Source of the DNA: Octopus sinensis | Lineage: Eukaryota | Direction: 5' to 3' | Assembly: GCF_006345805.1 (NCBI RefSeq) | Contig: NC_042997.1 | Span: forward strand, 175,522,001 to 175,586,000 | Length of the DNA stretch: 64,000 nt | Shown here: piece by piece, positions 26,246 through 39,900 of the stretch | Position numbering within the stretch: position 1 is the stretch's first letter | Layout of the letters: every line of letters begins with the position of its first letter | Notes under the pieces: generated by a model | The model's input: the letters and a program-made list of their open reading frames with translations, nothing else | Databases searched by the model: none | What the model was told of the DNA's origin: nothing | Program-made: the position numbers and the translations under genes

Positions 26246-29200
26246 TAATTTACGGTAATATTATTACCTTTGCCCATATAATACAATAGATGAACTAATT
26301 GCTTGGCAATTTTTAACATCTATGTATTAGTCTTGTTGGGTACCTATCTAGCAGTATATTGGATATATGTTATCCCATGGTGGGTCGAATTTTTCAACCC
26401 CTATCTCATTTTATATATATATATATATATACACACACACATTTGGGAGAATATTATCTTGGTTGGCAACAGAAAGAGCATCCACCTGCAGAAAATCTGC
26501 CTCAACAAACATAATCCGACCCATGCAAGCATGGAAAAGTGAATGTTATGATGACAGCAATGAAATATGATCAAAAGGTTTGGTGGTGGTTGCTGCAGAG
26601 AGACCGACAATTAGTGTGTGAAAACTTTCATTCTTCTGGATATGGGATCTTTTACAATAATCAATAGTGTGTCCCTATTTTGATGCATGCAGTGTCATCT
26701 TTGCCTTTTTACTTTGCTTTTTTTCTTTTTTTTTTTTTCACACTTGTTAATTCTGGAAAGAGGGGCAGTAGGAAAGACATGCAGGGTTAGGGTAGATTCC
26801 AGAGGGATGTTAATTTAGGGAGAAAGGATTGGGTATAGAGATTAATGTGGGGTTAGAGGGCAGGTTGGATGCAACAAGAGTAATGAGAGACAGGGAGATA
26901 AGAAAGGAACAGTGACACCATAGTGATAGAGGCATTTTTTGTTTACTTGCAGCTAGAAGTTCTACTAAAGCCTACTTACCTTTTCAATTCAGTTAAGTAG
27001 TTTTTTAAGAAGATTCTAAGATGAGTCTTAAAACATATGACTGTATCTTGTAGATTACATTTTGTAGTCAGCATCAACTCTTTAATGAGTTCTTTTCTTC
27101 ATTTGAAACTTTAAAAAAAGAAAAAAATTGAACTGCTACCTGGCATCCAACAACAGTAAGAAAGTCAGAAGTCATCACAAAGTACAGGTGCTTATTACTC
27201 TTTCCAAGGTACTAACTACATAATGACTGGTCCTTTGGACAGCATATAATATATCAGTAGTGTTGCTGAACTCAGCATTAAAAGCATAAAAAAGTCAGTC
27301 AGTTATATAATGTCCCAACTGCTTATGCTTTTACCCTTACACCTATTTACTGCGTAGTAGATTGGATCATTATTAACACTTGAGCCAGCACTTGATCAAC
27401 TCAATCAGCTAAAACTTGTTATCCTCATCAACTGTAAATCTGAGCAGATGAAGAAAATTTAATCTTCCCTGTACTCTTTTATTTGTTTAAGTCATTTGAC
27501 TGTGGCCATGCTGGAGCACCACCTTTAGTTGAGCAAATCGACCCCAGGACTTATTCTTTGTAAGCCTAGTACTTATTCTATCGGTCTCTTTTGCCGAACC
27601 GCTAAGTTACAGGGACGTAAACACACCAGCATCAGTTGCCAAGCGATGTTGTGGGGACATACACAAACACACACACATATACATATATACGACAGGCTTC
27701 TTTCAGTTTCCATCTACCAGATCCACTCACAAGGCTTTGGTTGGCCCGAGGCTATAGTAGAAGACACTTGCCCAAGGTGCCATGCAGTGGGACTGAACCC
27801 AAAACCATGTGGTTGGTAAGCAAGCTACTTACCACACAGCCACTCCTACACCTATAGGTTAAGATTAATTCTTCTTCAAACATCTTATGTATGAATTTCT
27901 TGGAAAATTTCTTAGACTTTAAAACCTTTCCAGTAATATTGAATTCTAACTACATTCACACAAGGCTGCTTACTTCAACTTACCCCAGTGGGAGGAAAAT
28001 TAGAAGTCACTCCAGTGGAATTTGAACCTGTTTGGCCACTTTAATATTGATTTCTGACTTCAGGCCACACAATTTTGGAATATTGAGGTGGTACAGCAGC
28101 TTAAATTGACCCAAGAATTTTTGACTGCTTCCTATTTTACCAATACCAGAAGAATAAAAACAAAGCCAAATTAAGGTTTTATTTCTAGAAAACATGGTAG
28201 CATGCTTCTAGAAAGTTCTTTTCTATTTTAGTAATGGATATATTAGTTGATGACAAGTTTTCATCTAAAGGTCAGTTTGTATATATTAAAAATGGAATAA
28301 GTCAGCTATCAGTATTTGTATTGGTGAATTATGTTTATTGCTAATCATCTCACACAACTGCTTTGATGGTATTGTAACCACACATCCTTCGCCTGCAAGC
28401 ATGTTAACCATTACAAAACAATCAATACTGCTCAATCTGTTATTTAAAACATCATTATCATTATCAGCTTTTCTATGCTGGCATGTGTTGGACAGGATCT
28501 TATTTGAGGTTACTTCCTCCCTAGAGGGATCAGAACAACGTCTTACTTTTACATTATATGTTGGGGGTATGGCTTCTACAACTGGATGCCTTTCCTATTG
28601 CTAACTACTTTACAGAGTGCACTGGGTGCATTTTATCATAGCACAGCATTAGGAAGATTATCTTGTCTCTAGGAAGTCCAGTCCTCACTATCCTACAGGG
28701 TCTCTGTCCTTTCACTAACAATTTTACAGAGTGTACTTGGGGCATTTTATTGTGGCACCAACACTAGGAATGTCTGAAAAGACTTCTATGTCCTACATTG
28801 TTTCTTCTCATCTGTTCTCTGGCACCAGAGAGATGTATATCTCACTCACAGCAAGTCTTAACAATAGTTTTATTATAGTTAATTATCAGAAAGTTGATCT
28901 ACTGTATAAATCATGGTGAATCATGACCAGGTAAAAAAAAAAAGTATTGTAATCAAATGACTCTCAGGTAACCAAATGACAATACAATGTGTATGTGTGT
29001 ATACACACACATTTTAGTTCAAGTAAGTGTTTGCAGTCCTCATAAACTTTGCAGGTCTATCCACTACATTCGTGAGGTTGATGTTTAGCCTGAATTTCTA
29101 CAGGTTGTTCTTGCTATCTAACTGCATGTCAACTCTGATTAAGCAGACATGTGATCAAGCATTCTAGCCATGGCCATTTCATCTGGGGGATTTTCTCCAC

Positions 29201-29618
29201 TCACATCTCATACTACATTACCCAATATAGTTTGAGCAAGATTTGGCTGATGTTTTGCATAGGTTGAAAGACTTCAATTGAGAATAAGGTCTTAGAAAAA
29301 ATGTTTCAAATGTAGAGTTTTATGAAATAAGACTCACCAGGCTTGTAGAGAAAAGACTGGAGAATCAGGTGGTCATGGATGATAACCAGCAATGTAGAAT
29401 TCAAAAGCACAAGTGACAGTTTTCATGGTCTAAATAAAGCATGGCCAACTGTTTTCAAGAAGCAAGTCACCTGAGACATACTTCATCATAAAATGGGCTG
29501 CACTACAAAAAGAAAAAAAAAATTCATGGTAATTTTTCATTAGGCATGCCATTCAGAAAATCCCACATGCCACTGTTTGCTTATGACTGGTATAAATAAA
29601 GATTAAATGGATTAAAAA

Positions 29619-30015
29619 GGCATAGGAGTGGCTGTGTGGTAAGTAGCTTGCTTATGAACCACATGGTTCTGGGTTCAGTCCCACTGCGTGGCACCTTGGG
29701 CAAGTGTCTTCTACTATTGCCTCAGGCCAACAATAACATTGTGAGTAGATTTGGTAGACGGAAACTGAAAGAAGCCCGTCGTATATATGTATATATATGC
29801 GTGTGTGTGTTTGTGTGTCTGTATTTGTCCCCCTAGCATTGCTTGACAACCGATGGAGGTATGTTTATGTCCCCGTTACTTAGCGGTTCGGCAAAAGAGA
29901 CCGATAGAATAAGTACTAGGCTAACAAAGAATAAGTCCTGGGGTTGATTTGCTCGACTAAAGGCGGTGCTCCAGCATGGCCACGGTCAAATGACTGAAAC
30001 AAGTAAAAGGATAAA
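29619..30015 (+). mobile_element. tRNA-headed SINE family A. Other copies: ~7048-7330 (+), 23075-23480 (+), 24812-24975 (+), 27478-27852 (-), 31171-31510 (+), 59560-59908 (-), 61865-62276 (-); partials at 48040-48090, 53276-53350, 62810-64000
   Basis: Pol III A-box-like TGGCTGTGTGG and B-box-like GGTTCAGTCCC, followed by a conserved body, an internal TA/TG microsatellite and a conserved tail. Confidence 0.88.
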
Positions 30016-31993
30016 ACGAGTAAATAAACTGAACGAAGTAGGAGTAATATTGCATATGAAGAGGGGGGAGAAAGAGTAATATAAATTAGTTGAACCAAGT
30101 GTTTCATTGTTTGTTTTTTTTCTTATTTTTATTACCAAGGTTAACTTCAAAATACTTATACTGATTTATAATGGTGATTTGGAAGTGGTGAGTAATACTA
30201 CCTGTGGTGGTTCTAGAGATGGGGAAAATGTTTTAGTGAAGCTTCTCCTTTACCACTGACGTGTGCATATTTCACCATTAGTTATTTGGGTGCATCTCTC
30301 TTCTGCAAACTGCTTGGTGCTCTAAAGTATGTGTATTCACCTCTCAACACACTTCATTCACTCCTGGAACTCGTATACATTTACTGCACTGTACCACATT
30401 GTATACATCAAACTTCACCTAATATACTACATCACACTCAGTACTCTACACTTTACTCAGTATACCTTACTCAGTTGAACCACAAGACTTTGTAGGCAAT
30501 GCTGTTGCACTACACTCAGTAGACAACCCTTAACTCAAGAAGTCATGTGGTTGCTCAAGAAATAGCAAGCTGGCAGAAACGTTAGCATGCCGGGCGAAAT
30601 GCTTAGCGGTATTTTGTCTGCCACTACATTCTGAGTTCAAATTCCGCCGAGGTCGATTTTGCCTGTCATCCTTTTGGGGTTAATAAATTAAGTACCAGTG
30701 ACGCACTGGGGTCGATGTAATCGACTTAATCCGTTTGTCTGTCCTTGTTTGTCCAATCTGCGTTTAGCTCCTTGTGGGTAGTAAAGGAAAGAACTGGATT
30801 CAAGAGCAAAACGTATTCAAACAACACAGCAACTACAACTGATACATGCCTGAAGTATAGTGTACACCTGTGTCATAAGCTTCCACATACATGGCTGGTT
30901 TGTTGATTGAATAACTGTAAGAAACCATCAAGCAAGCTGATTTAATAAACAAATTTACATTCCTGTTTGATACATGCAGCCATCATGTTTGTCATTTTAA
31001 ACTTGCACAAATGAAGTTGATGCTTGCTAATTTTCAAGTCCTTTTAGATTAGATCAGCTTTCATAAGATTAGCTCAGGAAAATATCAGTTGTAATAGGAA
31101 ATATCTAAACAATGATCAGAACTATTCTTAAATCAAAGTAATGAGCTATAGTTGAATAAGTTGGCACATAGGTGCAGGAGTGGCTGTGTGGTAAGTAGCT
31201 TGCTTACCAACCACATGGTTCCAGGTTCATTCCCACTGCATGACACCTTGGGCAGATGTCTTCTACTATAGCCTCAGGCCAACCAATGCCTTGTGAGTGG
31301 ATTTGGTAGACAGAAACTGAAAGAAGCCCGTTGTATATATGTATGTGTGTGGATGTGTTTACGTCCCCGTAACTTAGTGGTTAGGCAAAAGAGACCGATA
31401 GAATAAGTACTAGGCTTACAAAGAATAAGTCCTGGGGTCAATTTGCTCGACTAAAGTTGGTGCTCCAGCATGGCCGCAGTCAAATGACTGAAACAAGTAA
31501 AAGTAAAAGAAACAAAAGTGAAGCCATCATAATAATTCCTGACAAATTACTCAATACTACAGATATTCCTTGAGAAAAAATTACATCAATTGAATGGATT
31601 CCACATTTATAACTCTGTCCCACCTTACCTACAAATCTGAGCATTGTACCAATGTAATAGATCATTTTTATTATAGTCACTGTCATTATCCACTTTAACC
31701 CTTTAGTAGTTAAACCGGCCATATCCGGCCAAAATATTTAATCTGTTTTATCTTCAAACTGACCAGATCCAGGCTCTCACACCTACCCTACAATGTTATT
31801 CTACATTAGGTAATTACACCATCAAGATCTTGAAGACTTGAGATAATGCATGATTAATTCAAATCAATGTGAATCAATAAGCATTATGTTTGATAGAATA
31901 ATCAGAAAACTAAAGGGTTAAAGAATGAGTTGCCCATTTTGGAGTAATCTTTGAGCCAGTTTTATCCAATGCCAATGCATGTTATGTGTTTTA

Positions 31994-32251
31994 TAGCTAG
32001 CCTTAGTTGATCTGATTTCCAATATAGAAAATAGCTGCTCTCTACTCACCAGAGATTAATGACAACTCCAAATTACTTGATTGACCATAATAATTCTATT
32101 GAGTTAGTGTAGCTGTTGTTGTTAGCTAGCCTTAGTTGATCTGATTTCCAATATAGAAAATAGCTGCTCTCTACTCACCAGAGATTAATGACAACTCCAA
32201 ATTACTTGATTGACCATAATAATTCTATTGAGTTAGTGTAGCTGTTGTTGT
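31994..32251. repeat. Exact 129-bp tandem duplication
   Basis: 31994-32122 is repeated at 32123-32251. Confidence 0.95.
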
Positions 32252-32280
32252 TATCTGTTTGTCTTTTCATTTCACTGCAG

Positions 32281-32427
32281 AATCAAATTTGTACCAACCA
32301 AATCAAAAGGATGGATGGAGAGAACAAACTGTTGAAAGAGAAGATTCTAGAAGAAGAAGATAAAGAAAAGATGTTACAATTAAGTATCAAAGATCTGAAG
32401 AGAGAAGGGGATAATCTTGCATCAGAA
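32281..32427 (+). CDS. EVI5: EVI5-like exon: NQICTNQIKRMDGENKLLKEKILEEEDKEKMLQLSIKDLKREGDNLASE
   Basis: ttttcatttcactgcAG acceptor, GTGAGT donor, 147 nt, phase 0/0. Continues ETQ|NQI as in EVI5; follows a ~22.9-kb intron. Confidence 0.92.
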
Positions 32428-32627
32428 GTGAGTAGAATCTTTTTTTTTTCTCTTTAACTTGTGATTTGATAATTTAGATCAGTGGTAAACATTAACCCTT
32501 TTTTTTTTATGCCTATGAACCCCTTAGATTCCTGTTTTATTCTACTGAACCTTTATAGCCATTCAATGTTTAAAAAAAAATGCCATTATATTTTTATGAT
32601 TAAATATTAGGAATTATATAAAAACTG

Positions 32628-32855
32628 TTAACCCTTTCATTACCAACCCGGCTGAAACTGGCTCTGGCTCTGAGTACAAATGTCTTGTTTTCATAAGTTT
32701 TGAATTCAAATCTTCCACCAAACCTTAGTCACAATTTATGTTCCCAACACTAGCTGAATGATAACTAAGTTATTTTACTAAATTCTTTGTTACATTTAAA
32801 GTAATTGAAAGAAACACAGAGCATCTCAAAATAAATACGGTAATGAAAGGGTTAA
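32628..32855. mobile_element. piggyBac-type MITE family 2 (partials ~24537-24675 and 58736-58916)
   Basis: TTAA flanks and a perfect 13-bp TIR CCCTTTCATTACC / GGTAATGAAAGGG. The interior differs from family 1. Confidence 0.82.
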
Positions 32856-33746
32856 ACTATTTTGTGTACTGTGGAAAGATAAACAATTTATTGCACATAA
32901 ATTTTAAGAACTACTAATCTAGATGTTTACAGATAACTTTTGTTGCTGTCATTGCTTGAAAAAGCAGACTTATGACTAAAGGAATTGTAGCTTTATTTTT
33001 TATTCATCATCATCATCATCGTTTAACGTCCACTTTCCATGCTAGCATGGGTTGAGCGATTTTAACTGAGGGCTGGCGAACCAGATGGCTGCACCAGGCT
33101 CCAATCTTGATCCGGCAGAGTTTCTACAGCTGGATGCCCTTCCTAACGCCAACCACTCCGAGAGTGTAGTGGGTGCTTTTTACGTGCCACCGGCATGGTG
33201 GCCAGTCAGGCGGTACTGGCAATGACCTTGCTCAAATCTTTTCACACATTCCACCGGCACAGGTGCCAGTAAGGTGATGCTGGTAACGATCACGCTCAAT
33301 TGGTGCCAGTTAGCCGCTCTGGCATTGATCACGCTTGGATGGCGCTCTTGGCACCCTACTAGCACAGGCACAAGTGCCAGTAAGGCGACGCTGGTAATGA
33401 TCACATTCAAATGGTGCCTTTTTATGTGCCACTGGCACGGAAGCCAGTTAGCCGCTCTGTCAATGATCACACTCGTATGGTGCTCTTTGCACCCTGCTAG
33501 CACGGATGCCAGTCATCGAATTTATTATTATTATTGTTGTTATTATTTTTATTTTTATATACTTTTTTTTGAGGTTGTATATCCATGACTACATTAACCA
33601 TGGTGTCCATTTTTCAAGATGATAGGGTGTGATATGAGAGAGATATGATAGCTATTTCTACTATATCTAGCTGGTTAAACAATATGTAGAATTATATTTT
33701 ACTGTTATTGTAACATATAGATTTATGTTTCACTGTTGTTTTATAG

Positions 33747-33842
33747 CGAAAAGAAGATCTCATGATGTTTAGAATTAAAGAAGCTGAGGCTGCACAGATG
33801 GTGGGAGAACTGAAGCAAAAAATTGCTCATTTAGAAGTACAG
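33747..33842 (+). CDS. EVI5: EVI5-like exon: RKEDLMMFRIKEAEAAQMVGELKQKIAHLEVQ
   Basis: ttgttttatAG acceptor, GTAAGC donor, 96 nt, phase 0/0. Resembles EVI5 KEEVMAVRLREA...ELRQHIAELEIQ. Confidence 0.93.
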
Positions 33843-35162
33843 GTAAGCGTTGTGTACATTTGTAGTTGAATTCACTGCTATATTTCATTTAACACAGTGT
33901 AACATATTGACTCAAATGAGTACCATTGAAGAAAACATTTTTAGATGTACCACCAGCTATATGGCCACTTGAGTTGTTGGAAATAGTAGCCGGTGCACCT
34001 TCAAACCATCTTGAAAAGTGGTGAACACATTGGATAATGGTGAAAAAGATGAGATTATCCTGGCTGGAATGCCTTCAATCATACATTTTCTATATAAGGG
34101 CTAACCTGGAGTTAGACAACCGCAATAGCTATTACGATAAGCAAACAACAAAACGTTATATGATTGCTCAACTCCAGCCAAATCTTCTTTAAATGATACT
34201 CTACTATAATAATTAATAATTGACATTGGGTTGTGTGATCCATGATGTATTATGACTAATGAAAGTTTGAGATGGTCACAATTGGAACACCACTAATTCA
34301 CAGTGCTGTGGCTAAAGTAGAAAACACTTGTCTGAAGTGCCATATAGTGAAATATAAGTTGAGACTATGTGCTGGCCAAGTGAGCTCTGTATATATACAC
34401 ATGCACACATAAGCGCACATATTTATCTTATTACTTTTTAGAGGTAGAGAGAATAGTATCACTAGATCTGACTAAAGACTCTGATTTTTTGTTAAGGTTT
34501 AATTAGAAATTCTTTAACAATTTTCTTGCTTTCTTTATCATAGTCAACTCATACTGTTTCGATAATTAGTGTGATGCCTTTAGTATGTAAATATCATTAT
34601 CATCATCATTGTTTAACATCCGCCTTTCATGCAGACATGAGTTGGACAGTTTGACAGGAGCCAGCGAGCTAGAAGACTACCCCAGGCTACTGTGTCTGTT
34701 TTGGCAGGGTTTTTTATGGCTGGATACCCTTCCTAACACCAACCACTCCACAGAGTGGACCTAGTACTTTTTATGTGGCCCCAGCACAAGCAAGGTCGGT
34801 TTTGGCAAGGTTTTACAGTTGGATGCCCTTCCAAACTTCCAAATGCCAACCACTTTGTAGAGTGGACTTGATATATTGAATCATTTTCTGGCCCAGGTGA
34901 CTTTGTCGATATGTTATTGGATTACTAACTTATGTGTCTTGTGTTGAAATTCACATAGATGTTGTTGTGCCACTTCACTGAAATTTTTAACTCTATATCC
35001 TTCAATAGAGAATAAATAGGTGATAATACGTATCTTGTTGTGACATTATAGCCAGCGTATGATTTATTTCCTATATGCTTGGTCTATGAAACCAGTGTTA
35101 AACATTGGTTTTATCTTGCATACTAAATCTCATGCACTAGATCTATACTTTTTATGTAGCTC

Positions 35163-35233
<71 letters not shown>

Positions 35234-35391
35234 AGGTCAGGGAAGATGACTGAATCAATCAGACTTACTTTAAAAAGCTTAGAACTTCCCTTTTCTGAGT
35301 TTTCAGATACAAGAATAACAGAAATAGAAATTGCTTAGTTTACATTATTGAAGTAAAGCTAAACGATGATTTATGTTTTTTCTCCATGCAG

Positions 35392-35478
35392 AAAGCTGAA
35401 CTGATAACATCCAGACAACTGATGGTAAAAGGAGGAACGCAAGACTTAGAGAACAAAATCTATGATCTTCAGGATGAG
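35392..35478 (+). CDS. EVI5: EVI5-like exon: KAELITSRQLMVKGGTQDLENKIYDLQDE
   Basis: ttttttctccatgcAG acceptor, GTAAGT donor, 87 nt, phase 0/0. In-frame coiled-coil peptide. Confidence 0.88.
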
Positions 35479-35992
35479 GTAAGTCTAAAATGCAAAGTAT
35501 TGAAGTTGTCTCCCTTTTTTTAAAATTATTGTTGCAATTCTGTTCCATGTCATCGTTATTAACAGAAATAGCAAATAGAAAAGTGGATGAGATGGTTTTG
35601 CTATTTTCGTTGTTTGCATAAGGATCTGTTTAAAATAATTTGTTTATCCTCACATCCCCCCTTCTCCACACGCACACACCCAGAATGCGAAAAAAATAAA
35701 CAAATAAAAGACACAGGTACTAACAGTGTAATGTACAAACCCATATACACGCACTCAAGATACACATGCAGACGTTGTAAATGCATACACCAATAGTGAT
35801 TCATACCACAGAAAGACAAAATGGAATAGACAGGACAAGACCAGAGAGAAGAGGAGACACAAGGAACATAAAGTCATTGAAGAGGTCACAGGAATGTGAC
35901 AAAAAACTCTGACAAATAAACTAATAATAATAATAATGGTCAAATAAATTATGTGTATGCTTATTAATAATAAATAAATGCACCCTTTTAAA

Positions 35993-36212
35993 ACCTAGCC
36001 AGGCTCATGGGCCCGGTTTCCATGGCGTATGTGTTCCCCAGCTTGATGGGACACCACTTCATCGCAGGATTACTCATTTTTGCCAGCTGAGTGGACTGGA
36101 GCAACATGAAATAAAGTGTTTTGCTCAAGAACACAACGCGTCGCCTGGTCCAGATATCGAAACCACAATCTTACGATCATGATGCTGACACCATAACCAC
36201 TAAGCCACATGC
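35993..36212 (-). mobile_element. tRNA-headed SINE family C (second, older copy at ~725-905, +)
   Basis: The minus strand reads ggcatgtggcttagtggtta...ggtttcgat...cttgagcaaaacactttatttcatgttgctccagtccactcagctggcaaaaatgagtaatcctgc; the same text appears at 725-905. Confidence 0.8.
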
Positions 36213-36647
36213 CTAAACAAATGGCAATTCCCAAATATAGCAATATCTGTTTCAACACATAGTTTAACACCAAGAATCTTGCAAAACAAATACATGAGAA
36301 AATTTTTATTCGTTTCTTTTGTGCTTTGAATGATTCTTTAGAAGCGGAGGGATATTACTCAAGGCCTAGAGTTGGGGAAAATCAGATAAGTTTTAGTTGT
36401 GCAGCCACTTAACCTCACATCTATCCTACCTTATCATTAAGGTTTACCACAACAGCTTACATGGGTTCTTTTTCTCCAAATTTATATATTTGCATGTGAA
36501 TTTTTCATTCCTAATTTTACAATTGAACAGACTTCTTACTTGCTATCCACTATGGAATGTGAGTGCTTACCTATTTTAAATTAGGCAAACTCTCACTAAT
36601 TCATTCTATTTTCTTTCATTCATTTTTGTTCTATTTCAATTCTACAG

Positions 36648-36965
36648 GTATTGCAACTAAAAATGGACCATGGAAAAGGTTTAGAAACTGCTACTATGGT
36701 TGGTAGTTTCATGAGTGTTGGTGGAGATGATGAAGAAATGAGAGAGCTGATGGATTCTGAGACACTCAACAGGACATTAACTGAAATTATTGAAGGCAAA
36801 TCTGACACTTCAGCTCATTTGAATGGCTTTCTTGACCTGAGCCCCAACAATACAGACTCTGAATCACAAAACAATGAAACTACCGGTGAAGATGACAGCT
36901 TGGCTGTCCTGGAGAAAACTGTACAATCTTTTGAAAGGTCATTAGAAGATAAATCGGCTGTTTGA
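36648..36965 (+). CDS. EVI5: EVI5-like terminal coding exon: VLQLKMDHGKG...FERSLEDKSAV*; acidic, low-complexity tail
   Basis: Long pyrimidine tract ending ttctacAG, open frame to TGA at 36963-36965, phase 0 and consistent with the previous exon. Confidence 0.85.
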   Translation, partial: VLQLKMDHGKGLETATMVGSFMSVGGDDEEMRELMDSETLNRTLTEIIEGKSDTSAHLNGFLDLSPNNTDSESQNNETTGEDDSLAVLEKTVQSFERSLEDKSAV

Positions 36966-39900
36966 TGAAGCTTGAAATGAAAAGCAGAACAAAACATGTC
37001 AGTTGTCTCAAGAAAATAATGGCTACTATACGGGTTCCAAATCTGAAAGAGAGCTGTGAATAGCTCTTAGTGCCTAGACCTGTAGATTTACACAAAATGC
37101 AACAACCACCACTATTACTACTACTACTACCTGCAAAAGAAAAAAAGAGTATGAAATTATTCAAAAAAATAATGGAAGTTCTGATGTAAATCAAGACATT
37201 TTCTTTTCCTATACAAGATATTTATTATGTGAAGCGACATGAAAACAAAAAAAAAAAGGAAACAATATAACTTTTCACTCTTCATATCAGCTTTATTTAT
37301 ACTGTTCCCCAAAACCAGCAGTTAACTGGTAATTCCAAACCAAACACAGCTACATCTTCCTCATCAAGATTTTTTTTTTTTAATGTTTAAAGCATTTTTA
37401 TACCTGCTGGTATTTGTTGAAAGCTATTTCAGAAGAAAATTATTAGTTTGTATACTTTTCTTTTTGAAGACCATTTTAATTGTTAATTATTAATTATGTT
37501 TTAACTCGATGTCATATTGTAAATGTTTTACATTTGTATCTTCATGTCAGTATTGCAGTGAATGTGATGTATAATAGTATGCATGGATAATATGTCTGTA
37601 TTTTGTGAGTATGTTACACTTCAGAAGTTGTATATATGTTCTGATATATTCCCATATTTCTCTACAGTGTATATTCTGAATTTTATAGTAAACATCACCT
37701 TCTGAATACCTTGTGGATAGTTGATGAATTAAATGAAACATTATTGGTGATTGTTTACATATAGAAGTGTATGTATGTGTGTTTATATGTTCGTGTACAA
37801 ATGAAAGAAAAATGTACTCCTTATCAAAAGAAGATTTTAAAATTTATTTGAAAGTGTGACTTCACTCTCTCACTACTCTGAGTTTCCCTGCTATGAGTAT
37901 CACATCATAGCAGACGGAATAGTGGCAGAATGAAGCCTCAGTTTTAAGTAAATGAAGATATATATACATATATATATCACAACCAAAGTTAATTGCCCAA
38001 TCTAACAAACACAGCAGACCAAGCAGGCACAGTAATGTGTTTGCTATGCACTTGTTAGTACTAACAGGTCATCAGAACTTTGTCTTGATACCAGCTTGTA
38101 CTGCATTCTAAGCAATAATATCTGTTATTTTTTCCTTTAGGACTTCTCTTTACTTGAACCTAGTCTTATAGGGTGAAATACTAATTTTCTGTTCTTTCTG
38201 CAGGAATAAGACAAAGATATTGCAAAGGTGTTAACCATTTTCTCCTATGAGCAATACTATAGTGAAAGTATGCCAATGACTTTTTGACTGGTGTAACTAT
38301 ACAGTAAAGAGCCACTTTATTGCCTTTGCAAAAAGGAATGTATTTTGAGACGTGCTTAATTCATTCCTCTTCTAGAGCCAGTGAAGCAAGGGACACTTCA
38401 AAATAATGGCTATTATTACCTTGTAGCAGTCTCAGCACCTATGGGCAATGTGAAACAATTTCCAGGCTAAAAATTACGATTGGTTCATACAAGCCAGCAA
38501 GCTGGATAATGTCATACATGTTTGTAATATAAGTATGTGTGCATGTGTGTGTATGCATCGATAGACAGACAGACAGACAGGTAGATTTATATATATATAA
38601 AATATCACTTATTTTGTGGAATAAACTTTAGCTGGTGTAAATACAATCCTAACTAATTGTATTTACATACAATTGAATTTTTTTTTCTTGTAAGGTAAAA
38701 ATTAGTACAGTATTTCATTTAATAACATAACATCTAAAGACAAAAAACTTAGAAAAATACAAAGTGAAATAGTTAGAAAAAAGTGTTTTGGGGTGGATGC
38801 GAATGTGAGAAAAGTGAGAGAGAGAGAGAGACTTTTTATGTCAGTTTTTGGTTGTTGAATCTTTAATCTATACTGTTGCTCATTTGTTATTAACATTTCA
38901 TTTAGAAAATGGCACCCTTACTTTACTGTTGAATACCCACCTATTCCCTAATTGAAACCCAAATCCTCCCACCAATAAAGGCCTTTACAATAATTGTTAA
39001 CTTAGCTATACACACACACACACACACACATATATATGTAAGGCATATTTTCTATCATTCTAATATAGGCATCTATAATTAAGAATCTTTATAAGATCAA
39101 ATAGTCGACTGAATATGGAACTGAAGTATTGACAACTCTGAGCTCTTGAGGTCAAGTTTACTATATACATTTAGTTATGTATTTGAACAATATAATTGAT
39201 TCTACATGCTTTAATGTGTAGACTAACATGTATTTAAAAGACTACATGATATTCACATGGAAATTAGTTATGGAACTTGACAGTGACTGTATGATTGTAA
39301 GTATACGGTTTGATGTTAAACAAGAAGACATAAAGATTGACATCCAAAGGCAAAATCTAAGGAAAGTAAAATAAATGTAAACGATTCCTAGAATACCAAG
39401 GGCCTCGTAAGGGCTGATGCCTTAATGCCAGTTTCGTTATGCAAAGCAGTTAAATCTCCATGGATAACATTTCAGAAAACTTGGTGTGTATTCTTGAAAG
39501 CTAGGTGGACAAGGACATTTGATTTTACATGCCAAAGCATGTGCAATCATAGTCATTGTCAGTTTTGCTTCCATAGCTAATTTTTCTATGGATACCATGT
39601 AGCTTTTGCATGTATTATAATTTCTTTAGACTGTTAAACATAGATATATCGTACAGCCATAAGCATATCATATTTAGGTCTACATAAAATTTTACCTTTT
39701 GTTATACCATGTTTCAGACTATTTATTAGACGATCCTTTAACCTTTTAATGTTCAGATTATTCTGTCAAATGTAATGCTTATTTATTCACATCATGGAAT
39801 TAATCATGCTTTATCCCATAGCTTTGTTATTTTGATGATGTGATTGTATATTTTGGGATTGACATTGTAGGGTAGGCGTGAGAGGTTGGATCTGGTCAGT

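Noticed and set aside
26760-26920. G-rich stretch containing gggttaggg
   Set aside because: A single telomere-like motif in scattered purine-rich sequence, with no tandem array and too irregular to call a G4 or interstitial telomere.
29619-29700. tRNA-like A/B boxes (also at every SINE head)
   Set aside because: No complete cloverleaf; the boxes run directly into SINE bodies, so these are not tRNA genes.
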